Below are positions 37,791-47,236 of a stretch of DNA of 64,000 nt, piece after piece. The stretch is from a virus. Each line of letters starts with the position of its first letter. Position 1 is the stretch's first letter. The notes under the pieces are model-generated. The model did not search any database, was not told the DNA's origin, and saw only the letters and a program-made list of their open reading frames with translations. The stretch is from positions 1 to 64,000 of the IMG/VR virus record IMGVR_UViG_3300005758_000132; one strand, given 5' to 3'. Position numbers and translations under genes: made by a program.

Positions 37791-38696
37791 TCACAGCCTT
37801 GGATGATCCCTCTCAAAAATTGCCTTTTCACGTTGTAGTGCTTGGACTAACGCCTTCTCGTCGTTGACGTCTTCTTTGCTACGGCGAAGTCGCGCTAAAG
37901 CCGGCAGCACTATGGGCGTGGGTCGGGCGCTGTCGAGTATTGATCGAATAGACGACGGCGTTCGCTGAACGCGCTTCTTTAGGTTTTTTACGAGCTTTTC
38001 TAGATATGCGACTGTCTGTCCCTTGTCCCGTTCTCTTGTCGCTACCCACATTATATCTTGCTCATTCCAATTCATGTTTTCGCCACCAGTCCAATCCATA
38101 ACCCATAGATTGAACTCTTTGCCTGTTGCTAGGTTATCTTCGGTTGAGTATCCAAGGTAACCCTTTGGCGGAGTTGGTCGCAAGTTTTCTATGGCCGCGT
38201 TGCGGTTTTCTGGGGAAAGTGTAGCTACATATTTTATGTCTTCTATTAGTTTTTCTAAATATCCAATAACTTGATTAGCCGCCGGCGTACCATCCTCTTC
38301 AGACAGCAATGCAAGGTCTAGGACTGTATCCTCGTCATAGTCAAACCTATCGGCGCGTTCGTCATCGTCAATACCTAGCGCGTCTAATATGTGTTCACGA
38401 AACGCGTTACCAGTCATGACATAGTGGTCTACGTCCATCTCCGCCGCGTGTGTGGGAGAGTCTACATCGCTTTCATTAACGTCTGGATGCTCTCGCACGT
38501 CCATCCACGGGCGCGAGTTAGGATACCAAGTCTGATACTTGTTCCCAACGCGCTTGTGAAAGCCGCCTTTCTTGCTTCCTGGGATAGGGGTGAAGCCCTG
38601 AGGAGGCTTGTTGGCTTCTGCCTTTTGAAGGCTGTTGTAGTTTGACTTCTCAATACGATCAGCCCAGAGATTGAGTTCACGAGTATAGTCTTTCAT
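37791..38696 (-). CDS. PPxG..WYP module protein with two NWxExD-type domains
   Basis: MKDYTRELNLWADRIEKS leader plus module. Confidence 0.75.
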   Translation of the reverse strand: MKDYTRELNLWADRIEKSNYNSLQKAEANKPPQGFTPIPGSKKGGFHKRVGNKYQTWYPNSRPWMDVREHPDVNESDVDSPTHAAEMDVDHYVMTGNAFREHILDALGIDDDERADRFDYDEDTVLDLALLSEEDGTPAANQVIGYLEKLIEDIKYVATLSPENRNAAIENLRPTPPKGYLGYSTEDNLATGKEFNLWVMDWTGGENMNWNEQDIMWVATRERDKGQTVAYLEKLVKNLKKRVQRTPSSIRSILDSARPTPIVLPALARLRRSKEDVNDEKALVQALQREKAIFERDHPRL

Positions 38697-38717
38697 AGCA
38701 GTGCTCCGCTCACTTGT

Positions 38718-39542
38718 TCAGTACTTGCCTTTCATGTGCAAAAGAATTCGCGTCCGCGCGCTACTAAGATTCGGCACGTAGTAGTCAACGATGGCAGCGC
38801 CGCCGGTCGAGGTCTTGAACTCGTCTGGCGCGTAGATCAAATACCCGTCTGGCTTGGCAGCAACTGATTGACCGCCGCCGGGCTTCTGCTTATTCGTGGG
38901 TACGATACGGTAGCCGTCTGACGTGGTGTAATATCCAGCCTGTCCCTTGATCTTATCGAGAACGATGTCCTCAGCGCTTTTCGGCGCGTTTTCCAACAGC
39001 TGCTTCGCCTTGTCCGCCTGCTTGTATTTCCAGCTAAGAATTTCCTTGGCGTGGTTAGGCTTAGCCGCCGCTACCGGCGCGTTCGGATAGAGGTGCTCGT
39101 GCAGCGCGTCTACAAGCTCTCCGTGCGAGCTTGCTTCAACTTCTTTGTCGCCTACGCGACCTGCGTGATACTCTACGTCACCTTCCATAACCGAGACGGC
39201 GTCAGCCGTGGTCTTACCGTCAGCCGCCGTGAGGCTGAATCTTGTAGTGGGTAGGTAATCGCCGAGCGTCATTGTTTGTGTAAGACCAGAGCGGACACGC
39301 TCGACGTTATCCATGCGTCCCTGCGACAACCCGTGCCCAGGGTACCAGGTGTGATACGTGTTTCCGACGAGCTTGTGAAAGCCGCCTTTCTTCGACCCCG
39401 GGATAGGCGTAAATCCCTGAGGAGGCTTGTGCAAGTCATCGTGCTGAATGGGTTGCGCTACGTTTGGGTTATAGGTCGGCAAGATGATGGCCTTCTCGAT
39501 ACGATCTGACCAAAGGGCGAGTTCGCGCGTGTAGTCTGTCAT
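38718..39542 (-). CDS. PPxG..WYP module protein, unknown payload
   Basis: AAGGAG RBS before ATG 39542; MTDYTRELALWSDRIEKA leader plus module. Confidence 0.75.
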   Translation of the reverse strand: MTDYTRELALWSDRIEKAIILPTYNPNVAQPIQHDDLHKPPQGFTPIPGSKKGGFHKLVGNTYHTWYPGHGLSQGRMDNVERVRSGLTQTMTLGDYLPTTRFSLTAADGKTTADAVSVMEGDVEYHAGRVGDKEVEASSHGELVDALHEHLYPNAPVAAAKPNHAKEILSWKYKQADKAKQLLENAPKSAEDIVLDKIKGQAGYYTTSDGYRIVPTNKQKPGGGQSVAAKPDGYLIYAPDEFKTSTGGAAIVDYYVPNLSSARTRILLHMKGKY

Positions 39543-39558
39543 AGCAGTGCTCCTTGTT

Positions 39559-39598
39559 CTGTTGACGTTATACATAAAAACGTTTTTTACGTCAACAG
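39559..39598 (-). promoter_or_regulatory. Early-type promoter inside a 10-bp inverted repeat
   Basis: Minus strand TTGACG(39595-39590)-N17-TATAAC(39572-39567); CTGTTGACGT...ACGTCAACAG. Confidence 0.7.
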
Positions 39599-39602
39599 TA
39601 AA

Positions 39603-40463
39603 TCAACTTACCTCAGTTGTTGGCGCCGGCGCTCCAGCTGGCAGCCCGACAAGCTCAAGCTGTCCGTTTACTGCCACGGGCATTTCTGTCTGAGCAGGCT
39701 CTTCACGTGTGCCCAGCTGACCTGGATAAGGGGTGGGCTGGGCGCGACTGATATAGGTATGACCCACTACGACGTAGCGCGGGTGTGCCCAGTAGGTGAC
39801 GACGATGTATGACCCGACGTCTACCGAGGATGCAGAGAAGTCTATCTTGCCGCCGTCGACTATGACGTCAGTTCCGATCTCAAGCGCGCCCTGATATTCG
39901 CCGTCGCTATTAGACCAGGATAACTCTACGACTGTCTCCGTGTTGCAAACGGTCTCAGTAGTCTGCGCAGGATTGGCGCTGATGACGTGACGCTCCGCGA
40001 TAGGGAAGCGGCACGCCATGGGCTCGGCCTTGGTCTTCAGCTTTCGCAGCTCGTGGACAAGGATGTAGTCGTTCAGGACCGTGAGTCGATCGTTGTGAGC
40101 AGGCGCGTTCTCTGGCAGCAGCGTGAAACGCGCTGTGACGTCATTCCACGACGTGCCAGTCAGCTTGCCGTTTTTGTCTACTTGCGCGCCGCGGTTAGTA
40201 ATGATCCCGTAGGTATCAGGCTGTACACGCCAGTAGGCGCCGGTGCCGCCGCAGTTGGTGCACGTATGATCGTTCTCGCCGCCGACGAATCCTGTCGTTC
40301 CTAGCAGCGAAAACTTAGCGAGACATGGGCATGGGAAGTACCGTTCCCAGCGGATGTTAGGACATCCGCCGGCGAAATTCACGACGTCTGCGCGGAATAC
40401 CTGAGGGTCAAACTGCGCCTGCGGAAAGCTAGCTGATGGTACAATCGGATAGTGGTACCGCAT
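39603..40463 (-). CDS. Head-tail adaptor/neck protein with zinc-binding motif
   Basis: WERYFPCPC...CTNCGGTG and YWAHPRYVV, as in SPO1-like neck proteins. Confidence 0.65.
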   Translation of the reverse strand: MRYHYPIVPSASFPQAQFDPQVFRADVVNFAGGCPNIRWERYFPCPCLAKFSLLGTTGFVGGENDHTCTNCGGTGAYWRVQPDTYGIITNRGAQVDKNGKLTGTSWNDVTARFTLLPENAPAHNDRLTVLNDYILVHELRKLKTKAEPMACRFPIAERHVISANPAQTTETVCNTETVVELSWSNSDGEYQGALEIGTDVIVDGGKIDFSASSVDVGSYIVVTYWAHPRYVVVGHTYISRAQPTPYPGQLGTREEPAQTEMPVAVNGQLELVGLPAGAPAPTTEVS

Positions 40464-40530
40464 GGCGCAGTCTCCCTCGTATTGGCTAAATTATTCCATC
40501 GCCTCAGTGTTCTTCAGAAGAACGAGTTTG

Positions 40531-42867
40531 TTATCGCGAGGTCCTAACGCGCTCGCTGCGATATTGCGATTTCTCTCTACCCAGTTTGGTAGCTAGCGTT
40601 TTGAAATACTTTAACAAAGTTTGATCGTCGTCGAATTTAGCAGCCTCCACAACAGCCTTTTCGTCCCAGTTGACGTCAACGCCAGTCGCTTCTTTGATAG
40701 CGTCGTTAACGTCAGAAGGTTTCATCTGACGTTTTTTATACACCTCCTTGTGTAGTCCAAGGATGCGATTATGCAAAGAGTTCATTTCTCTCGCATCGTC
40801 TGGGTCTTCGTTTTCGCTCAACCTATTGTATCTATTCTGCAAATAAGCCATCTCCATTTTCTTAGCTACATTTTCAAAGTGATTCAATAAGGCGGTGTCT
40901 GACGAAGACGCCACGGCCCAGACGACGTCTTCTTCCTTCCAGTTCATGTCTTTCCCGGTCCATTCCTTGACGACGTCGTTAATCAAGCTGTCGTTTGTAT
41001 GTAAGTTATCCATAGCTTGTGCGTGGCCTGGATCGTTCTCGTTCTTCCCTTCGTGGCTCTTTACTCCATGTCCGGGATACCAGGTCTGATACTTGTTTCC
41101 AACGCGCTTGTGAAAGCCGCCCTTTTTGCTTCCTGGGATAGGGGTGAATCCTTTAGGAGGCTTGTCTGCCTTATGAAGAGCGTCGTCAGTCTCTGATAGA
41201 AGGTTGTTGTAGTTGGACTTCTCAATACGATCAGCCCAGAGATTGAGTTCACGAGCGTAGTCTTTCACGGTCAATTCTCCTCTTTCTAACGTGTCGTTGT
41301 TTGTAACGCGAGAAGCCCCCTTTTTGACTTCGTCAACTTCTTCATAGGCCCCGCTTTCGAAGAAGTGAGGATAATACTCCTGAGCGTACTCTTCATCAGT
41401 GTCGCCTTCATGTCCGTCATAGCCAGAATCGCTCTCAGATGACGCGAGCTTGAGCGCGTCCTCCAAAAGCTCTCGACCCTTTGCGGTCATATTGCGAAGC
41501 GGATGCAGCGAGCCTTTCTTGCCCTTAAAGAGCGCGTTGATCTCGTTGTCGGTAGCGCCTGACCGCTTCATCCACGTCACGAAAAGCGACGGGTGTACAT
41601 AGGAGCCGCGGCTCATAGTCATACCGTTATCAAGTCTCTCCGCGACTCGCGCAGAAACCATATCGATTACGGCAGACAGCGCTTTTATGTCTTTCTTCGC
41701 GTTACCCGTCAACTTGATTGGAGGCACTTGCGCCAGCTCGTCCGCAGCAGTCATTGAGCCTTGCAGCGTTCGCAAGTCCTTCTGCTTGAACTTACCAAAG
41801 TGCGTCTTCATGACCTTATTGGTGTCCGCGTCAGTTGCCGAGAACAGGAAGCCATCAGGTGTCGGATTTTTCGCGCGGTCGTGTAACTCTTTTACCAGCT
41901 CTGGGTCGGTCACAACACGCGTGTTCTTTTTATTTGCTTTGCCGATAAACTGTATGCGCACCGACGTCGGCGCAGTATCGTTGTCAAAGCTGAGATGTTT
42001 TGGCTTGAGCGTAGTTGCGCCTGTGGTGCCGATTTTCTCTCGTCCAAACTTGTCGACCTTGGTAGCGCGCGCTGCGGCTTCACGACTTCCAGGTCGAAGT
42101 CCAGTCTCTTCGATTAGCGCAAGAGCTACAGCCGCGTCTCGCTCGCGCTGCGATCCGGTAGTCATCGCCTTACGTAGAGAGCGCGTCGCGGCCTCCATTT
42201 GAGGAACGAGGGTGGCCAGACGAGTCCACTTCACGTGTGCAGTGCGACGGTCATGCTCAGTTGTATAGGCGAACTGGCGCACACCATCCTCGTTCGTCCA
42301 GCTTAGCACCGCTCCCTGATGGACAGCGTCAGTGCCAAGCTGACTAGGTGTAAAGTGTTCTTTGAGATTCTTAGCGGTGAGTGGGATAGGACGATTGAGT
42401 TTCATCGCGCTGTATTTTTTTCGAATATCAGCGTGCGGGTCTTCAGGCGCCTCAATCGGATTTCCTTCCTCGTCGAGCTTCGGCTTTTTCGGTTTATCTG
42501 ACGCCTTCTTATCCTTCTCAAAACGCCGAACGTCAGTGTTCTGCATTTGATCGAGAAATTTACGGTGCCGCTCGCCGATCGATTCGTAAGCCTTTTGGTG
42601 CTGCGCGTCGCTTAGCTTCTCTTTCTTGTGCGTACCAACACCGACGCCGGGGTACCAGCTCTGCCAACCGTCAGCAGTCTTCTTATGCCAACCTCCATGC
42701 TTTGTCCCTGGAATAGGTGTGAAGCCTGGCGGCGGGTGCTGCTTACTACCGACGTTGCCGGCAACTCGCGGTTCAAGATCAGCGCTACCTGACTCAGAGT
42801 CTGACGTAGACTCCTTAGCAGTTCTTCGGGCCTTAGAAATATCGCTGTCGTTGTCGTTGTTCAGCAT
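40531..42867 (-). CDS. PPxG..WYP module fused to DNA topoisomerase IB, plus a second module-bearing C-terminal unit
   Basis: TGLRPG, GATTL, FIGK, KDLRT, RLDN, SYVHP give the bacterial/viral topoisomerase IB pentad R-K-R-N-Y. Confidence 0.85.
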   Translation of the reverse strand: MLNNDNDSDISKARRTAKESTSDSESGSADLEPRVAGNVGSKQHPPPGFTPIPGTKHGGWHKKTADGWQSWYPGVGVGTHKKEKLSDAQHQKAYESIGERHRKFLDQMQNTDVRRFEKDKKASDKPKKPKLDEEGNPIEAPEDPHADIRKKYSAMKLNRPIPLTAKNLKEHFTPSQLGTDAVHQGAVLSWTNEDGVRQFAYTTEHDRRTAHVKWTRLATLVPQMEAATRSLRKAMTTGSQRERDAAVALALIEETGLRPGSREAAARATKVDKFGREKIGTTGATTLKPKHLSFDNDTAPTSVRIQFIGKANKKNTRVVTDPELVKELHDRAKNPTPDGFLFSATDADTNKVMKTHFGKFKQKDLRTLQGSMTAADELAQVPPIKLTGNAKKDIKALSAVIDMVSARVAERLDNGMTMSRGSYVHPSLFVTWMKRSGATDNEINALFKGKKGSLHPLRNMTAKGRELLEDALKLASSESDSGYDGHEGDTDEEYAQEYYPHFFESGAYEEVDEVKKGASRVTNNDTLERGELTVKDYARELNLWADRIEKSNYNNLLSETDDALHKADKPPKGFTPIPGSKKGGFHKRVGNKYQTWYPGHGVKSHEGKNENDPGHAQAMDNLHTNDSLINDVVKEWTGKDMNWKEEDVVWAVASSSDTALLNHFENVAKKMEMAYLQNRYNRLSENEDPDDAREMNSLHNRILGLHKEVYKKRQMKPSDVNDAIKEATGVDVNWDEKAVVEAAKFDDDQTLLKYFKTLATKLGREKSQYRSERVRTSR

Positions 42868-42960
42868 TGCAGATCCTTGAACGCGCGTTGTGACGATAAG
42901 GCGCTATCTACGACAGGTCGGTTTCATGTCCGCGCTGCCGTAGATAGCTTTTGACGTAAA

Positions 42961-44703
42961 TTAGTTTTGTCGAACCTTAACAACAATACTTTGACCCTTG
43001 GTCACGCGCTCAGCCCATTCGAAAAGATCACCCGTATTCGCGCCCTTCTTCACCTTCGTTTGCGCCTTTTTGCTAGCCGCTATGACTTTAGCAAGCCATG
43101 GGCTTTTTTTCGCAGCGTTATACACGTCTGGAGACACAGCTCCAGTGCTCGAAGTTATTAAACCTAGAACTGCTTCGGCAGCTTTACTGGGATCGTTGTC
43201 ATGAGTAAACTTCATTTCGTTTTTGAAGTCTTTCCAAAACGTTTTTGCCTCATCGGTATCGCTACTCGAAGGGCCATCTGATAGCGCTGCGGTAAGAGCG
43301 CTGTTGCTTTCATTGCTTTTAGACGTGGTTGTCTTCGTAGACGCAGCCGTTTGCGCTGCCTGCGACGCGCGTTCAGCTCGCGCAGCGTGAACGGCCTTGG
43401 CGCGCTGAGAGCGGGCGTGAGTATCGCGGTAGCCTTCGAGCATCGCGGCAGCGGCCTTGCGAGTCATCTTGACTGAGTGACCTGTCTCAGTATGGCGGAG
43501 CGTCACGTGTCCTTTGGTAGCCTTGTCGACGTGCCAGTGACCTTCCTTGCCGTTATGGCGTCCGCGGATACGCGCGCCTTCGCTGAAATGGCTCTCGTGC
43601 GCGAAGGCCTTACGCTTAGGCATGGAGTAAATATAGCGCCAAGGACGCTTGGGATTTCCAGTCGCAATACGGCTCAGGTATTTGCGCGTGCCAGCCTTCT
43701 CAAGCGCGTCTCCTGCGTTTGCAGCTGACGCTTCGACCTTAGCGTTCGCACGCCACTGACGGCAGGACCAATACCGCGCGGTGAGGACGTCGTCCGCGGT
43801 GTCGCACTTGTGGCGTGCGTTGAAGCTCGCGCGACGCGCGGGGTTGTCACGGCGGATCTCCATATTCGCGTCGCCAAACCGTACGACGCGGACATCGCCG
43901 TCGTCGTTCTGAGCGTACACGACAAACTTCTTGACTCCGAAACCCGGCTCTCCCTCGCGGATGCGGCGCGGGCTATTGTATTCGGAAGGAACGCCGACAG
44001 CGGCACCCTTGTAGAGCGATTTTCCGAGTGACTTGTTCTTGGCGTCTGCGAGGAGCTTTTCCGCCTTGGCGCGGATGTCGTCCTTCGCGCTCTCTGGGAT
44101 GTTGGTCATCGCTAGGCGAGCAAGCGCGTTGCGCAGGTGTGGCAGGTCAACGTCGCCGCGCTCGTTGCGATACGGCAGATGACGAAGCGTGCGCGGAACG
44201 GTCTTGCCTTCCTCGTCCTTGGCACCGCGGTTTTCTACGTAGAAAAACGCGGAGTCTGGCAGGTTGTTGACGCGCGCCGTAGACCACTCAGCCTTCTCGA
44301 TGATGGCGCCCTTCACGGTGGCCATCTCGCCGTGGCAGTACGGGCAAGAAGGATCGTTGCCGTCACAGCAGCTGCACGCGTAGCACTCGTCAACGTACTC
44401 GTCTTCCTCGCCATCCTCAAAGAGCGAGTCGAGCAGCGCGTCAGCGTTATCCTCGCTGAGCCTATGACCCACGATGAGCAGAGCACGCGCGCCCGCGAGC
44501 GGCAGCTTGCCCGCGTAAACGTCAGTCAGCACCTTGCGCAGCTCCTCAAGGTGCTCCGCATCAGCCTCTTCCTCTTCCTCGTCAAGCGCTAGCTCGCTCT
44601 CGTACTCGTCATTATCGGCGTCATCAGTATCGATGTCCAACGTGTAGTCATCGAAGGAAAACGGATTTGCGTAATCTTCATCGTAGCCCATGGTGTACCT
44701 CAC
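42961..44703 (-). CDS. Multi-module head-region polyprotein (acidic/Zn region, DUF6582-like, DUF6321-like, KYxxR..WRYxY module, helical repeat)
   Basis: NNLPDSAF..RHLP..RNALARL; KKFVVY..VRFGD..SFNARHKC..YWSC; KYLSR..WRYIY. DUF labels are from memory. Confidence 0.7.
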   Translation of the reverse strand: MRYTMGYDEDYANPFSFDDYTLDIDTDDADNDEYESELALDEEEEEADAEHLEELRKVLTDVYAGKLPLAGARALLIVGHRLSEDNADALLDSLFEDGEEDEYVDECYACSCCDGNDPSCPYCHGEMATVKGAIIEKAEWSTARVNNLPDSAFFYVENRGAKDEEGKTVPRTLRHLPYRNERGDVDLPHLRNALARLAMTNIPESAKDDIRAKAEKLLADAKNKSLGKSLYKGAAVGVPSEYNSPRRIREGEPGFGVKKFVVYAQNDDGDVRVVRFGDANMEIRRDNPARRASFNARHKCDTADDVLTARYWSCRQWRANAKVEASAANAGDALEKAGTRKYLSRIATGNPKRPWRYIYSMPKRKAFAHESHFSEGARIRGRHNGKEGHWHVDKATKGHVTLRHTETGHSVKMTRKAAAAMLEGYRDTHARSQRAKAVHAARAERASQAAQTAASTKTTTSKSNESNSALTAALSDGPSSSDTDEAKTFWKDFKNEMKFTHDNDPSKAAEAVLGLITSSTGAVSPDVYNAAKKSPWLAKVIAASKKAQTKVKKGANTGDLFEWAERVTKGQSIVVKVRQN

Positions 44704-45638
44704 AGAACAAACATATCGATTGGACGGAAATCGCGCATGGCGCGCTCGTAGATTTCTTTGGACGTATCACGAAGCATCCGGATACGCGCAGAGTACGCGC
44801 TATTTTCCGCGGATGCTGTCGTGTTGATTGACTGGCTAAGCCCGTCGATTGAGCGGCTCATAGACGCTACGCCTGCGCCGATGACCAAGTCGCCTGCTGT
44901 AATCAAAACGCTGATAGCTGCGACCACACCGGTGTACTCTAGCAGCTGTGAAGGGATACGCATCTGCGTACCTTCCTGCCCGCTATGCTGCATTGACCAT
45001 GGTCGATCGACATAAGCCAAAGTGTCGCTCTGCACACGCAATACAACGCGCGCTTCCTCGCCAGGAAAACCTACGAAATCGCCTGACTTCAGTTGGCTCT
45101 TGAAGGCCGTCCCAGTACCAATGAGCTTGGTCTGGTCCTTGTTCGCGGTCAGTGTACCGGTCAGGTCAATCTCTTGATACCCTACGCGATACGTGTAGCG
45201 GATAGTCGCTTTGCGCTCGTGCATGGAGCGCGTAGTGTAGTCATAGGTGGTGGCGTTAGTTGCGAGCGCTTCTGAGTCCAAGAACAGCTGCGAGAACTTT
45301 GGCTCGACAATATCAATCGCCTGCGTGACGTCTCGAATAAGCTGCTTGCCGTAATACAGTTCTGCCTTTGTTACGCTAATCAGCGGCTTTTTATTGAGCG
45401 TAGTTAGATAATGCGAGACAGGCGACCACTGAGATAGGTCTTGCACCTCGTCTTCAACTGTCTCAGGACAAAACTCGACGTCAAACTCACCCTCAGTCTG
45501 AATACGACCTTGAAGGATGGCTTGATTGAATAGACCTTCTGGAAAGGCCGCTCTAGTGCGTGGGTCGATAAGAGATATTCCGAAAAGGTACCGCTCAACG
45601 AGCCAGTCTTTCGTTAGTCCCACATCTAGCAAACACAT
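44700..45638 (-). CDS. Head completion/connector protein
   Basis: YLFGI N-terminus; YTYRVGY; GAGVASMSRSIDGLSQSINTTASA. Confidence 0.75.
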   Translation of the reverse strand: MCLLDVGLTKDWLVERYLFGISLIDPRTRAAFPEGLFNQAILQGRIQTEGEFDVEFCPETVEDEVQDLSQWSPVSHYLTTLNKKPLISVTKAELYYGKQLIRDVTQAIDIVEPKFSQLFLDSEALATNATTYDYTTRSMHERKATIRYTYRVGYQEIDLTGTLTANKDQTKLIGTGTAFKSQLKSGDFVGFPGEEARVVLRVQSDTLAYVDRPWSMQHSGQEGTQMRIPSQLLEYTGVVAAISVLITAGDLVIGAGVASMSRSIDGLSQSINTTASAENSAYSARIRMLRDTSKEIYERAMRDFRPIDMFVL

Positions 45639-45660
45639 AGAGCGCCTCCACCAGCTAAGC

Positions 45661-46518
45661 TCAAGCGCCGAAGAGAATTACGGACAGCGTATCCCCGTTG
45701 GCTAACCCGGCACCGTCCATCGCGACAACGTAACCGTCGCCAACTGCATCCCACGAAACAGTGGTAGTTGTCGACTTGACCGCACTAGCAGAAGACCTCG
45801 CCTGAACAACCGCTCCCTTGGGCTCGAAATTGACGAAAACCCGGATGGGAGTAGCAGCCAGAAGCGCGGTCGTCACAGGAACTGCAAACGACGCGATGTT
45901 GGACGCGAACTCTTCAACGACTGGGTTTTCGGTCCACGTGGAAAGCTGCCACGAGCTATTTGCGCCTACCTCCGCAAACGTGACGTCTAGATTAGCGCCA
46001 AGCTCAGGGTTGCCGTCGACGTCAACGCGGTAGACGTAAAGCCTATCGTTGGCGAGATCGGTAACAGCCTTCAGACGGATTTTGCCGTTCGCAATCGCGG
46101 GTGTCTCGCCGTCAGTCTTGAGCAGGTTGGGGTGCTCGTTGGTGGTCGAGTCCTTGTTGATCGCGGCAGCGAGTCGAGTAAGCGTCTGGTCGATCGTTCC
46201 TAGCTCAACACCGATTGAAGCGTCGCTGAGAACTTCAGTACCGTTCGATCGAATTTCGTAGACGTCTACAAGCGCCGGGCTGAGCGTATTGTCAGTGATG
46301 GTAACGGTGTACGTATTAGCCGCGGCTCCAGCCAGCGCGTAAACGTTAACCACGCCCGCCTTGTTGCTGAGCTTATCAAGCTCAATCTTGCCAAGCTCAA
46401 GCTGCCTAACACGCTGAGCAAGAACAGATTGACGCAGCGCAGGATTAACGCGCTCAACCGCCTTAGCCTGCGATTCAGTAAGAGTGGTAGAAAGATCGCG
46501 ATTTGTATAAGCGCTCAT
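45661..46518 (-). CDS. Putative head decoration protein
   Basis: Downstream of the capsid gene; shares its N-terminal ~40 aa with 46542..47132. Confidence 0.6.
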   Translation of the reverse strand: MSAYTNRDLSTTLTESQAKAVERVNPALRQSVLAQRVRQLELGKIELDKLSNKAGVVNVYALAGAAANTYTVTITDNTLSPALVDVYEIRSNGTEVLSDASIGVELGTIDQTLTRLAAAINKDSTTNEHPNLLKTDGETPAIANGKIRLKAVTDLANDRLYVYRVDVDGNPELGANLDVTFAEVGANSSWQLSTWTENPVVEEFASNIASFAVPVTTALLAATPIRVFVNFEPKGAVVQARSSASAVKSTTTTVSWDAVGDGYVVAMDGAGLANGDTLSVILFGA

Positions 46519-46541
46519 GTGTTTGTCCTCCTTATCGTATT

Positions 46542-47132
46542 TCAGTCAAGCGTGTAGGTGTAGTTGATGATGAGGCACGCAGATGCGTAGTCTGGCCCAG
46601 TAGCGTCAGCGTTATCAGACGTCACGGCGATGTAGACCAGACCGGATCCGCTGAGGACCAGATCAGCAGCGGTCGACGTGAGCGAGACGCCGTTCAACGT
46701 GTTCGCTGAGGCAGACTCCAGGTTGTATGTCGCACCGGACAGCATTGTGTTGCCGGACGACGACGTCTTCTTGACGGTGAGGGTCACCGCGCCGAGCGCA
46801 GAAGCGAAGACGGTCGGGGTGACGAGCTTGATGGAAGTCACCGTCGCGCCATAGATCGGAGCAACCGCGTAGGTGGCCCACACGTTGTTCGAAATCATGA
46901 TGAGCGGGACGCGGATCTGACCTACAGGGAGGAGAGAAGCCGTCTCAGCCTGAAGGGTGCTAACGTCAGACTCAATAGCAGTGATATCCGCACTGTTAGT
47001 AGCGTTGTTTTCCTCAAGCTGCGCAACACGCTGCGCCAAGACTGCGTTTCGAAGGGCGGGGGACGTGCTCTCGACGCGCTTGGCCTGCTGAGAAGTCAAG
47101 GGAACACTGAGATCGCGATTTACTAGAGACAT
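46542..47132 (-). CDS. Putative head decoration/fibre protein
   Basis: NRDLS..LT..QAK.VE...PALR..VLAQRV.QLE, then coiled coil and beta domain. Confidence 0.6.
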   Translation of the reverse strand: MSLVNRDLSVPLTSQQAKRVESTSPALRNAVLAQRVAQLEENNATNSADITAIESDVSTLQAETASLLPVGQIRVPLIMISNNVWATYAVAPIYGATVTSIKLVTPTVFASALGAVTLTVKKTSSSGNTMLSGATYNLESASANTLNGVSLTSTAADLVLSGSGLVYIAVTSDNADATGPDYASACLIINYTYTLD

Positions 47133-47168
47133 GATTTTGTCCTTTTCTAATTAGAGTCGTCGGACAGC

Positions 47169-47200
47169 AAAAAGCCAGCGGGCATTTCTGCGCGCTGGCT
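47169..47200 (-). terminator. Intrinsic terminator after the major capsid gene
   Basis: AGCCAGCG/CGCTGGCT stem followed by a T tract on the minus strand. Confidence 0.75.
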
Positions 47201-47236
47201 CTTCGCTCACGAAGCGCTGAACCGCAGCGCTACGGA

